From: a virus
Strand: one strand, 5' to 3'
Virus record (IMG/VR): IMGVR_UViG_3300014201_000005
Coordinates: 1-42,236 of that record
Length of the DNA stretch: 42,236 bases
Each line of letters begins with the position of its first letter. The stretch's first letter is position 1. Of the stretch, positions 1 through 7,434 are shown piece by piece. The notes under the pieces are model-generated. The model had not been told where the DNA came from. It was given only the letters and a program-made list of their open reading frames with translations, and did no database searches. A program made the position numbers and the translations under genes.

Positions 1-123
1 ATATCCTCCTCGTGAACGTTCCAAGCATTATTTTTCGCCTCTTCTGCTCTCTTTTTAGCGATAGTAACCTCTAACATATCCTTAAATGAATTAAGCAAAC
101 CAATTAGTTCTTCTTTCCCACTC
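1..123. repeat. Terminal direct repeat, left copy (identical to 42114..42236); circular closure or terminal redundancy
   Basis: Base-by-base comparison shows 1-123 equals 42114-42236. Confidence 0.95.
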
Positions 124-125
124 AT
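1..125 (-). CDS. 5' end of the wrap-around gene (same gene as 41801..42236), duplicated by the assembly overlap
   Basis: ATG at 125..123 lies 7 nt after AAGGAG. It reads MSGKEELIGLLNSFKDMLEV, in frame with the ORF truncated at the right edge. Confidence 0.6.
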   Translation of the reverse strand, partial: MSGKEELIGLLNSFKDMLEVTIAKKRAEEAKNNAWNVHEED

Positions 126-141
126 CTTCTTACTCCTTAAA

Positions 142-369
142 TTAATAACCAATGTTTTCGAATATACGCTTTATTTTATTCATAATTGCTAAAATAACAG
201 GGCTTAATAAACGCATCGTGATCCATATATACGCAAGAAGTGCCGATCCTATTAGAATAATAATCAACCAAGGGGGTAAAAAATTATTTGAGATTGCCCA
301 AGGTAAATTTAATCCATACATATATAATGTAAGCATGAGCCAAACAATAAATCTAATTAGGTTTTTCAT
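142..369 (-). CDS. Small membrane protein (75 aa, two predicted TM helices)
   Basis: Hydrophobic stretches FIVWLMLTLYMYGL and WLIIILIGSALLAYIWI. The ATG lies 17 nt inside the 3' end of the SPFH gene, suggesting coupling. The track start at 423 would overlap the SPFH gene deeply. Confidence 0.55.
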   Translation of the reverse strand: MKNLIRFIVWLMLTLYMYGLNLPWAISNNFLPPWLIIILIGSALLAYIWITMRLLSPVILAIMNKIKRIFENIGY

Positions 370-1177
370 TGCCGATATCCACGAAAGGTGTCGCGCTTCC
401 TGTAACTTTTGGCAAATGACCATCCCATCTTGTTACGCCTAAATATTGCACATACTCTGGCGTTAATGATGCCTCAATCATTTGATTAGCTTTTGCCTGC
501 GCTGCTGCTGTTACTAATAGCTTTTGTGCTTCTGCTTGCGCTAAAGCTACTTCATTCTCAGCACGCATTGCATTCTGGGTTGCTTGAATCTTTGAATTGA
601 TAGAATCAATTACCGTTTGTGGCAATCTAAACGTACCGATTAAATATACTTTATCAACGTCTATACCAGAATTTGCAGCTTGTGCTTTTACAAGATTATT
701 TACTTCTCCGATAAATTTCTCTTTTTGTAGTCCATATAATTCATCAATGGTCATGGTAGATGCAACTTGATTCATTGCATCACGCACCATATTACGCAGG
801 AATGTATTCGTAATCTCATCAACACCTAAACGATAATGCTGAAATACTTTTACAACATTATCCGGCTGTATTTGATAAGTAATACCAACATCGGTATTAA
901 TTGATAAACCTTCGGACGTCTGCATAGTAATCGATTCATCATTACCAATATCCTGATTATCATTAGAATTATCCATCCAAGTATAATTTTGCAGAAATGT
1001 AGGAAACAAATACATTTCGCTATTCCACCCTAGGTAGTATCTGCCAACGCCATAAAGCTGGTCAGATACCCCCTTATCAGAGCCATACAGATTAACCATA
1101 ACGCCTTGATAACCCGCTGGAACCTTTGTACATCCTGCTAATAGTAATGTTGCTAGTATTAATGATCTTCTATTCAT
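353..1177 (-). CDS. SPFH/band-7 (prohibitin/HflKC-like) lipoprotein
   Basis: [16 protein letters not shown] is a signal peptide plus lipobox. The body is SPFH-like with an Ala/Gln-rich coiled-coil tail ([25 protein letters not shown]). The start overlaps the csrA stop (ATGAATAG). Confidence 0.7.
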   Translation of the reverse strand: MNRRSLILATLLLAGCTKVPAGYQGVMVNLYGSDKGVSDQLYGVGRYYLGWNSEMYLFPTFLQNYTWMDNSNDNQDIGNDESITMQTSEGLSINTDVGITYQIQPDNVVKVFQHYRLGVDEITNTFLRNMVRDAMNQVASTMTIDELYGLQKEKFIGEVNNLVKAQAANSGIDVDKVYLIGTFRLPQTVIDSINSKIQATQNAMRAENEVALAQAEAQKLLVTAAAQAKANQMIEASLTPEYVQYLGVTRWDGHLPKVTGSATPFVDIGNEKPN

Positions 1178-1403
1178 TTCCTGGTTCCTTAAATTCTTCT
1201 TCATCTTGATATAATGGATCTTTCTCCATTTTTGCTTCACGTTCTTTTTGAATCTTTTCGTAAATTTCTAGGCGATGAACTTCAACGTTTTGTGGTGCGG
1301 TTATGCCTATACGCACTTGGTTCCCCTTCACCCCAAGAACTACAGCCGTGATATCATCGCCGATGGTTAGCACCTCTCCGACGCGTCTGGTCAAAATAAG
1401 CAA
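1170..1403 (-). CDS. csrA: CsrA/RsmA-family RNA-binding translational regulator with acidic C-terminal tail
   Basis: [51 protein letters not shown] matches the CsrA signature. TTG start lies 8 nt after AAGGAG. Confidence 0.85.
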   Translation of the reverse strand: MLILTRRVGEVLTIGDDITAVVLGVKGNQVRIGITAPQNVEVHRLEIYEKIQKEREAKMEKDPLYQDEEEFKEPGNE

Positions 1404-1457
1404 GATCAATACTCCTTTTTTAATTTATCCATACGACAAGGTCGTAATCCGTGTTTA

Positions 1458-1784
1458 CTATGCAATATCGCCATCGCCAGAGCCATCGCCAGAGCCATCG
1501 CCAGAGCCATCGCCAGAGCCATCGCCAGAGCCATCGCCATAGCCATAGCCAGAGCCATAGCCATAGCCATCGCCAGAGCCAGCGCCAGCGCCAGCGCCAT
1601 AGCCAGAGCCATCGCCAGAGCCATCGCCATAGCCAGAGGCAGCGCCATCGCCATAGCCATCGCCATAGCCAGAGCCAGCGCCATAGCCAGAGCCAGCGCC
1701 ATAGCCAGCGCCATGGCTATCGCCAGAGCCATCGCCATAGCCATAGCCATCGCCATAGCCATACCTAGGAATTATGCTGACCAT
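1458..1784 (-). CDS. Low-complexity (Gly-X)n protein, X = Tyr/Asp/Ser/Ala (108 aa); frame call uncertain
   Basis: The ATG overlaps the stop of the upstream gene (ATGGTCAGCATAA). The reading is GGC-NNT hexamers. An alternative (Ala-Met/Leu)n frame, 1406..1762, is also open. Confidence 0.4.
   Translation of the reverse strand: MVSIIPRYGYGDGYGYGDGSGDSHGAGYGAGSGYGAGSGYGDGYGDGAASGYGDGSGDGSGYGAGAGAGSGDGYGYGSGYGYGDGSGDGSGDGSGDGSGDGSGDGDIA
1466..1764. repeat. Tandem hexanucleotide array, about 50 units of GCC-A[T/G][C/A] (plus strand)
   Basis: Direct reading. The first six units have period 12 (atcgccagagcc), followed by mixed hexamers. Five of six frames stay open across it. Confidence 0.9.
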
Positions 1785-2053
1785 ATTTTTACGCTCTTGA
1801 TCGAATTTTTAGCTTTATCGGTAACGTCTAATATTTCAATTGCTTGCAATAATTCTACGCGTTCAACTTCACATGGAAATTTGCAGTTTTCCGGTTTAGA
1901 TGTTCCTTCCATTGCTAATTGTGACAAACTAGCTGCACCATCCCAATACCATATACGTCGTGCATTTTTTAATACTACTTCTTGACCATTTTTGGACTCT
2001 AATTCTCCAGCAAACACACCTGCTGAATAAGTTCTTACAATTACATATTTCAT
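1772..2053 (-). CDS. Hypothetical protein (93 aa)
   Basis: ORF with GGAG upstream, in the leftward early operon. Confidence 0.6.
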   Translation of the reverse strand: MKYVIVRTYSAGVFAGELESKNGQEVVLKNARRIWYWDGAASLSQLAMEGTSKPENCKFPCEVERVELLQAIEILDVTDKAKNSIKSVKIWSA

Positions 2054-2129
2054 TTAAGCTCTCCTTATTTAATTGCATCAATTTCAAGATGATACAGTCC
2101 TATAGTTATCCCTATTAATATTGCCAGCA

Positions 2130-2366
2130 TCATAATTTTGTAATCGCTGCGTCAACAACATCCTCAACTACTGGCACAACAAATTTAGAAACAATGCTTT
2201 GGAAAGCACCTTGTTGAATATTAGTAGTATTGGTTTGTGTTGCGAGTCCTGCAAAATGAGTCAAGATTGCTGAAATTTCTGGCAAGCTTAAACTATTTGT
2301 AGGGGTGCAGCTAAGATTGCCGTTTGTGGTGTCTACGCTAATTGTGATAATTGGTGTTACTGCCAT
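2130..2366 (-). CDS. Hypothetical protein (78 aa)
   Basis: ORF preceded by AGGAG (taggagatttatatcATG). Confidence 0.55.
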   Translation of the reverse strand: MAVTPIITISVDTTNGNLSCTPTNSLSLPEISAILTHFAGLATQTNTTNIQQGAFQSIVSKFVVPVVEDVVDAAITKL

Positions 2367-2424
2367 GATATAAATCTCCTATGTTGGTTAAATAATTAAA
2401 AAGGGTATCAAGAGACATTCCATT

Positions 2425-2874
2425 CTAAAAGGGAATATCCGTGTCATCGAAGTTGAGTGCTTCTGCTGTTTCTGCTGTCTTCTTAGGCGCATTGGGATCA
2501 GACGGTAAATAATCTGTAATACGGTTTTTATCATCATATTGGCCGCTCTTATCAACTTCGACACCTACTCTTACGCGCAAGGTGCGTACTTTCTTTGCTA
2601 TCTCTGCTGACAAGAAACCAGCTTCATACTCATTCTCTAAGCCATTCGCATAACAGAAATGCCGTACTTTATATGCAAATCCCTCGATAAACATTAAGTA
2701 ATCATGAATAATATGGGGTTTGCCAGTTTTGGAATAAACCTTAAGCATGAAATGAATAGTTTGATTACCATTCTTTGATACTTCATCTTTAGCGTCTAAC
2801 ATCTCTGCGTCGTAATCACCACGCTCTAGGAGCGGTGGCTTTAAATCTTTTTCAGACAATGGGTTAAATCTCAC
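2425..2874 (-). CDS. DUF669-like protein (SSB-like partner commonly found next to Sak4)
   Basis: Size, acidic C-terminus (ALNFDDTDIPF) and position just downstream of a Sak4-like ATPase, overlapping it by 4 nt. Confidence 0.5.
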   Translation of the reverse strand: MRFNPLSEKDLKPPLLERGDYDAEMLDAKDEVSKNGNQTIHFMLKVYSKTGKPHIIHDYLMFIEGFAYKVRHFCYANGLENEYEAGFLSAEIAKKVRTLRVRVGVEVDKSGQYDDKNRITDYLPSDPNAPKKTAETAEALNFDDTDIPF

Positions 2875-3725
2875 TTCGTTTCTCCTTTAATTAATTTCTC
2901 TAAATAATCAATGCATTTTTGCACATCAACACCTTTCATGTCTGCAAAAGATTCTGCGTGCGCTTTGGCTAACCATTTATCTGTATCTTCTGTAGGTATT
3001 TTTAATAAATCAACTAATCTCGTAAGCTCTGCAACTTGTGCAGGATCTGCAAGTATTTCTGGCACAGCATCGCGCTCTAAAACATCTCTACCATAACGAT
3101 TAGCAATTTCATCATAGCAAAAAGGGAATACATCAAATTCATGAAAAGCTTCTAATCTGGATTTTTTTACAACACCAACACGCTTTTCACCACGTTTTTG
3201 TACTTCGAAGACTAAGTCAAAAAGATAATCCAGCTTTTTATAACAATCATAAGTTTCGCCAAGCTTAACGAGCTTATCACCGTATTCAGTTTTAGAATGC
3301 GAAGTAATAATAACGTTCATATCAAGACGCAATAATAAATTAAGTAATGATTTAATTTGGGTATTTGCATGCTGAACATGGCGACCGAATCCTGTGCCGA
3401 TGGCTTCATCCGCGCCAGCTATATCGATTAAATCATTATAGATAATAGTGAGCGGGTCAATAATCAATGTTTTATATTCATGCTGCTCAGTGAGTAATGA
3501 CAATACTTCTTGTTTTAATTCAGCAAAGTTTGACGTTTGAAATATGACACCGCCAGCTTTATTTAATAGCTCAACATATGATTTATTTTCAGCGCCTCGC
3601 TCTGTATCAATAAGATATGGCCTTGGGAACTGAATAGCTGCCGTTGTCTTGCCGGCGCCGCTTTGTCCATAAAATAATGCTTTTAATCTTTTCTCTACTA
3701 ATTCCGGTTTTTTAGCTCTCAACAT
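2871..3725 (-). CDS. Sak4-like RecA-fold ATPase (AAA_24 type, recombination/annealing)
   Basis: Walker A in LFYGQSGAGKTT. Walker B-like LIIDPL. About 280 aa, the typical phage Sak4 size and context. Confidence 0.7.
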   Translation of the reverse strand: MLRAKKPELVEKRLKALFYGQSGAGKTTAAIQFPRPYLIDTERGAENKSYVELLNKAGGVIFQTSNFAELKQEVLSLLTEQHEYKTLIIDPLTIIYNDLIDIAGADEAIGTGFGRHVQHANTQIKSLLNLLLRLDMNVIITSHSKTEYGDKLVKLGETYDCYKKLDYLFDLVFEVQKRGEKRVGVVKKSRLEAFHEFDVFPFCYDEIANRYGRDVLERDAVPEILADPAQVAELTRLVDLLKIPTEDTDKWLAKAHAESFADMKGVDVQKCIDYLEKLIKGETK

Positions 3726-3737
3726 TTGAGTTTCTCC

Positions 3738-3995
3738 TTAAATAGGCTCTTGTCTAAATTTCATTTTACTACCTTTTTCTCGATATAATCCGGTAATCTT
3801 ATCGGCATGTTTAGCGCACAAATGCTGTTTAAATTCCTCATCAAAAGGATTCTTGTCGTAACCTGACACTAAATAATCAGCCATATTACTGCACATTGCG
3901 CATACATGCTTACTAGACTTATGTCGCATACGTTCCTCCATATAATATTGATGCAGTTGTTCCTCTATAAAATTCCATTGCTGCATGTTACGCAT
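3738..3995 (-). CDS. Hypothetical Cys/His-containing protein; start uncertain (3995 or 3986)
   Basis: ORF. Candidate ATGs flank the stop of the upstream gene. Confidence 0.5.
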   Translation of the reverse strand: MRNMQQWNFIEEQLHQYYMEERMRHKSSKHVCAMCSNMADYLVSGYDKNPFDEEFKQHLCAKHADKITGLYREKGSKMKFRQEPI

Positions 3996-4188
3996 TGACA
4001 ATACTCCATCCAAACAAAGGTAGCGCAATCGATACTAATTGCAATAAACAAAAAATTACGCACATCCAATAAGCCCCGGCTAAATAAGCTGAATAAATTG
4101 CGGCAATAAATGCGACATTTAAGGCGAGCACCAGAAGGCTCATTATGAATATAAATAAATTATCTGCCGATAAAAATTTGCGCATCAT
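3988..4188 (-). CDS. Small membrane protein (66 aa)
   Basis: Two hydrophobic helices. ATGA-type overlap with the upstream gene. Confidence 0.5.
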   Translation of the reverse strand: MMRKFLSADNLFIFIMSLLVLALNVAFIAAIYSAYLAGAYWMCVIFCLLQLVSIALPLFGWSIVNA

Positions 4189-4400
4189 AAATCCCTCATC
4201 AATTGCGCCTGTGATTGCACAGTCTTTTGCGCAAGATTATATTCATGTTGTGCCTGCAATAATTGCTCATGCATTTTTGTTTCGTGTTGCTGCAATGATT
4301 TATATATCCTATATTGCTTATGCATTTCAGTGACGTGCAAACCTTTAACCTTATCCCTGATCCATACTTTGTAGCCTATTGCATAATCCCTCATAATCAT
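4185..4400 (-). CDS. Hypothetical protein (71 aa)
   Basis: ORF with 4-nt overlaps on both sides. Confidence 0.5.
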   Translation of the reverse strand: MIMRDYAIGYKVWIRDKVKGLHVTEMHKQYRIYKSLQQHETKMHEQLLQAQHEYNLAQKTVQSQAQLMRDL

Positions 4401-4606
4401 GACTGTTGCCCTCCTAGTAATTTCTCAATAATCTGTAAAGTTTGTATTTCCCTGTTGCGTGATTCAACTACGTGCTTAAATAATTCTTGATAATCTTTTT
4501 CGAGTAATGCAACTTTATTGGACAAGATACGAAGTTGTTCTTGCGTCGAAAAAGTATAAGATGGCTTTTCTATAATCATCTCGCCAGTATGTTCAGACTC
4601 AATCAT
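4397..4606 (-). CDS. Hypothetical coiled-coil protein (69 aa)
   Basis: ORF preceded by GGGGAG. Confidence 0.5.
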   Translation of the reverse strand: MIESEHTGEMIIEKPSYTFSTQEQLRILSNKVALLEKDYQELFKHVVESRNREIQTLQIIEKLLGGQQS

Positions 4607-4685
4607 TTTTATTTCTCCCCAAATAACAGCAATATAAGCGATAAAATTTTCTGAACTTGAGATTGCAAGTTAATGTGACACACTA

Positions 4686-5099
4686 TTATCCATTAGATTT
4701 CTCCAGTTCGCGTTTATCATCGCCAAGCTTTGCAGCGATATTTTCAGGTGTATTGAGTTCTTCGATTCGATCTTCTAAGTCAGATCGAATCTGAGTATCA
4801 TAGTAAGAAGTAACATTCTCTTCTAAATAAGTAAGGAGAAGAATTGACCATTGCTCTCTAAGATCTGGATTATCTGTGCGCATATATTCGCCGATACAGC
4901 GTAATAAATCTCGAGGATTAGGGAAGAAAAAAGGATCAAAATTTTCATCGTTAGGATTTTCGTCGATATCGATTAAGACTTGTAAACCAGCTAAAGTTGT
5001 AAGACGCTTTCTGAGAAGTTCTTCGCGCCATAAAGGTTCGTGCGTGTGCGCTAAATCGGCTATTTGTCCCTGATATTCTGATTTGTTACTCATATCCAT
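4686..5099 (-). CDS. Hypothetical acidic protein; start 5099 or 5093
   Basis: GGAAGGGAG lies upstream of the MDMSNK start. The track start at 5138 overlaps the upstream gene. Confidence 0.55.
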   Translation of the reverse strand: MDMSNKSEYQGQIADLAHTHEPLWREELLRKRLTTLAGLQVLIDIDENPNDENFDPFFFPNPRDLLRCIGEYMRTDNPDLREQWSILLLTYLEENVTSYYDTQIRSDLEDRIEELNTPENIAAKLGDDKRELEKSNG

Positions 5100-5115
5100 G
5101 TCTCCCTTCCAGTTG

Positions 5116-5322
5116 TTAGCTACGTAAAATATTCCCATTAGACACTATGCTAAGTTTTATAAAATTGTTATGGTATTTTTCCCAGTACAGGCGGGCATCT
5201 TCATAAGTGTCAAAGTCTTTTACGAATTTGCCCGAAACTGGTTTTGTAAAATATAAATCTGCAATAACGTACTTCTTTGTACTGCACTCTGCATTGTTAA
5301 GTGTAAAGTAAAACTTGTTCAT
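5116..5322 (-). CDS. First gene of the leftward early operon (68 aa)
   Basis: AAGGAG lies 7 nt upstream, about 35 nt downstream of the predicted leftward promoter. Confidence 0.55.
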   Translation of the reverse strand: MNKFYFTLNNAECSTKKYVIADLYFTKPVSGKFVKDFDTYEDARLYWEKYHNNFIKLSIVSNGNILRS

Positions 5323-5364
5323 CGTAGTACTCCTTGTGTTTTGAAAACTTCCAGTGTTGGGATA

Positions 5365-5393
5365 AATTTAGCACCGACACGGTGATATGTCAA
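5365..5393 (-). promoter_or_regulatory. Leftward early promoter with an operator in the spacer
   Basis: Minus strand reads TTGACA (5393..5388), 17 nt, TAAATT (5370..5365). The inverted repeat CACCG-ACA-CGGTG (5373..5385) sits in the spacer. Confidence 0.55.
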
Positions 5394-5409
5394 TAGCTAT
5401 TTTTTATCA

Positions 5410-5438
5410 TTGCAAATATATTTTTATTTGCCTATTGA
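5410..5438 (+). promoter_or_regulatory. Candidate rightward early promoter
   Basis: TTGCAA, 17 nt, TATTGA. The flanking inverted repeat is GCAAAT..ATTTGC. The -10 is weak. Confidence 0.3.
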
Positions 5439-5468
5439 CTACTAAACCTTATAGATCAAGGATTATAT

Positions 5469-5738
5469 ATGAAAGAAGCATTAGAACGAGCAATTACATT
5501 GGCAGGCAACGCGCATAGATTAGCTAGGCTGTGTGAGGTTGCGCCTCAGCAAATACCAAAATGGCTTAAGTCTGGCAAAACACCCGCGCATAGATGCATT
5601 CAAATAGAGCGCCTTCTAAAAGAAGCCATCACAAGATATGAGTTAAGACCTGATATATATCCACCTGAAGATTATAAGCGAAGGAGAAACCCGAAAATTG
5701 TTCTTATAGAGAAAGATAAAGAAGATATACCGTTATAA
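5469..5738 (+). CDS. Cro/YdaS-like helix-turn-helix regulator
   Basis: AITLAGNAHRLARLCEVAPQQIPKWLKSGKTPAHRCIQIERL matches the YdaS/Cro-type HTH pattern. It is the first gene of the rightward operon. Confidence 0.7.
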   Translation: MKEALERAITLAGNAHRLARLCEVAPQQIPKWLKSGKTPAHRCIQIERLLKEAITRYELRPDIYPPEDYKRRRNPKIVLIEKDKEDIPL

Positions 5739-5761
5739 GGTTACATATAAGGTAAGAAAAG

Positions 5762-5792
5762 TGCTCAAGTCTTCTCGCGTAAGACTTGAGCA
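5762..5792. terminator. 12-bp perfect hairpin, possibly a bidirectional terminator
   Basis: tgctcaagtctt / ctcgcgt / aagacttgagca. T-rich tracts follow on both strands but are not contiguous. Confidence 0.4.
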
Positions 5793-5820
5793 TTGCTTCA
5801 TTTTAGTTACGATAAGTCTC

Positions 5821-5975
5821 AAAAACATCACCGCAATGGTAACGCAATTGTAATACAGAAACTGCACCGCAATTGTAATGCAAAAACTGCACCTCAACGG
5901 TAACGCAACTGTAATACAAAAACAGCACCGCAACTTGTTACGGACTATCAGTTAAAACATCACCGCAACGGTACA
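5821..5975. repeat. Iteron array (putative replication origin)
   Basis: Five copies of AAAAC[AT][TG]CACC[GT]CAA start at 5826, 5862, 5887, 5923 and 5958. Nested GGTAACGCAA[CT]TGTAATAC sub-repeats. Each copy follows an A-tract. The array lies just upstream of the replication gene. Confidence 0.65.
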
Positions 5976-6058
5976 CAATATGACACTGCTGTAAGCCTTT
6001 GTCAATTGTTTACTTCTGCGGATTAATTAATTTTTTAATCTATTAAGGAAGTAAATTT

Positions 6059-6904
6059 ATGACTATGTCTTGGTGTCGCTTTTACGATACAGACCTTCAT
6101 GATCCTCGTATTCAATCAATGCCAGAAGCTATGCAGCGACGTTTCTTTATGCTTAGGCTACTTCATATAGACAATAAAATTGATCTCTATAATGATGATG
6201 ACATAGCTTTTGCTCTTCATATTACCCCTCAAGAAGCTGCCATCACTAAAGCACTTTTTCTTGAGAAAAAATTCATTACTCCTACATGGCGATTGATTGA
6301 ATGGGATAAGGAGCAATGCCCTTCTGATTCTTCCAAAGAAAGGATGAGAAAATTACGAGAAAAAAGGAAAAGTGACGGCACTGTTCGTCACATGTGCGCG
6401 AACAGTGCAAAAAGCGTGACGGATAGATCAGATCAGATCAGATCAGATCAGAACAGATCAGAGAAGATAAGAAGTACTACCGTAGCTGAGTCTGAAACAA
6501 GATTAAAAAACATTACTAACGTAGCAAGCAACGCGCGCGAAAACCCGCCGTCGCTTTTTAAAAATAATTTTATGATAGTTTTGGCAGAACTTTTCGGAGA
6601 CGGTGCTATCGCCCATCCTCACACAGCCCACAAAATTGCGACGATGTGTTCAGTCTGGGAAAGTGGGGGGGTGACCGATGAACATATTCGCGGGGGGTAT
6701 GCCAAAGCGCTTGAGCAAAAAGGTCGGGGATCGTTCGGGGCGTTGTATTTACAAAACATCGTTCTCGAAATTGCAAACCCTGTGCAGCCTAAAAAATCAA
6801 CAGGTGGTGGATGGCGCGGCCCGACTGACGCGGAAAAGGCGGAAAATCTAGCGTGGATGCATGAGGAGTTTGCAAGGATGAAAGAACGTGGGGAGGTTTC
6901 ATAA
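6059..6904 (+). CDS. Putative replication initiator/organiser (DUF1376/YdaU-like N-terminus)
   Basis: Position after the iterons. The N-terminus WCRFYDTDLHDPRIQSMPEAMQRRFFMLRLL resembles DUF1376-type phage replication proteins. It has a basic linker. Confidence 0.5.
   Translation: MTMSWCRFYDTDLHDPRIQSMPEAMQRRFFMLRLLHIDNKIDLYNDDDIAFALHITPQEAAITKALFLEKKFITPTWRLIEWDKEQCPSDSSKERMRKLREKRKSDGTVRHMCANSAKSVTDRSDQIRSDQNRSEKIRSTTVAESETRLKNITNVASNARENPPSLFKNNFMIVLAELFGDGAIAHPHTAHKIATMCSVWESGGVTDEHIRGGYAKALEQKGRGSFGALYLQNIVLEIANPVQPKKSTGGGWRGPTDAEKAENLAWMHEEFARMKERGEVS
6426..6459. repeat. GATCA pentanucleotide repeat (six GATC sites in 34 nt) inside the replication gene
   Basis: gatca x5, then gaaca, then gatca. 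It decays into gagaa gataa gaagt. It encodes DQIRSDQNRS. Confidence 0.9.
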
Positions 6905-7326
6905 TGCAACCAGGTGACTTTCTCAAATTTCAAGAGCACATGTATGTGCTGGGGCACACCTACAAAACTGACGGTGGCCAGATAGGAAAGATGTATTTTA
7001 AATCGTTGGTTAGACTCACAGTTGAGCAGGTTGAACAAGGTATTGTGCGCTGGCTACAAGACCCGAAAAAATGCGCATATTTACCAAAACCTGGCGACTT
7101 GCTGGCGTACTTTCCCGAGGATAAAACCACGCAAACACAGGTTCAAACTTGCGTAGAATGCAAGGAATTACCTAGTGAAATGACGAATGCCGGAAAGGCG
7201 TTGTGCATGGATTGCTACCACATTCATTTTTGGCGACCGAGGGCTGAGTACGAAATCCAGTTTCTCAACGCAAAATGTCGAGCGGTATGGGAAAAGCGCC
7301 TAAAAGATCGAATCCTACCCGGGTAA
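6904..7326 (+). CDS. Hypothetical protein with a CxxC...CxxC zinc motif
   Basis: CVECKE...CMDCYH. The ATG overlaps the upstream stop (ATAATG). Confidence 0.55.
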   Translation: MQPGDFLKFQEHMYVLGHTYKTDGGQIGKMYFKSLVRLTVEQVEQGIVRWLQDPKKCAYLPKPGDLLAYFPEDKTTQTQVQTCVECKELPSEMTNAGKALCMDCYHIHFWRPRAEYEIQFLNAKCRAVWEKRLKDRILPG

Positions 7327-7434
7327 AGTAGGGGGTACATTGAACGATCTATGAAAAGTAATACCATTACGGCGGGTAGAAAAAATAATCGCTTCACGGG
7401 CTTTAAAATCGGTTTTACAACTAAGGGGGTTTGG

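Noticed and set aside
1466-1764. The repeat array as a CsrB/RsmZ-like sponge RNA for the adjacent CsrA
   Set aside because: CsrA sponges need many GGA motifs. The array contains none on either strand: GGC is always followed by T or G on the minus strand.
1466-1764. A CRISPR array or other spacer-repeat structure
   Set aside because: The unit is 6 nt with no unique spacers. It is simple tandem satellite-like repetition.
1303-1985. Plus-strand ORFs across the hexamer array: (SPEP)n at 1303..1542, (HRQS)n at 1451..1768 and (AI)n at 1713..1985
   Set aside because: They are open only because the repeat lacks stop codons. All flanking genes are on the minus strand, and none has a start context or SD.
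5733-5933. 66-aa minus-strand ORF (MRCCFCITVALPLRCSFCITIAV...)
   Set aside because: Its repetitive peptide is just the translation of the iteron array. It has no SD and runs antisense to the local operon.
6619-7038. 139-aa minus-strand ORF antisense to the replication gene
   Set aside because: It lies fully inside or antisense to two coupled plus-strand genes. It has no start context and no recognisable motifs.
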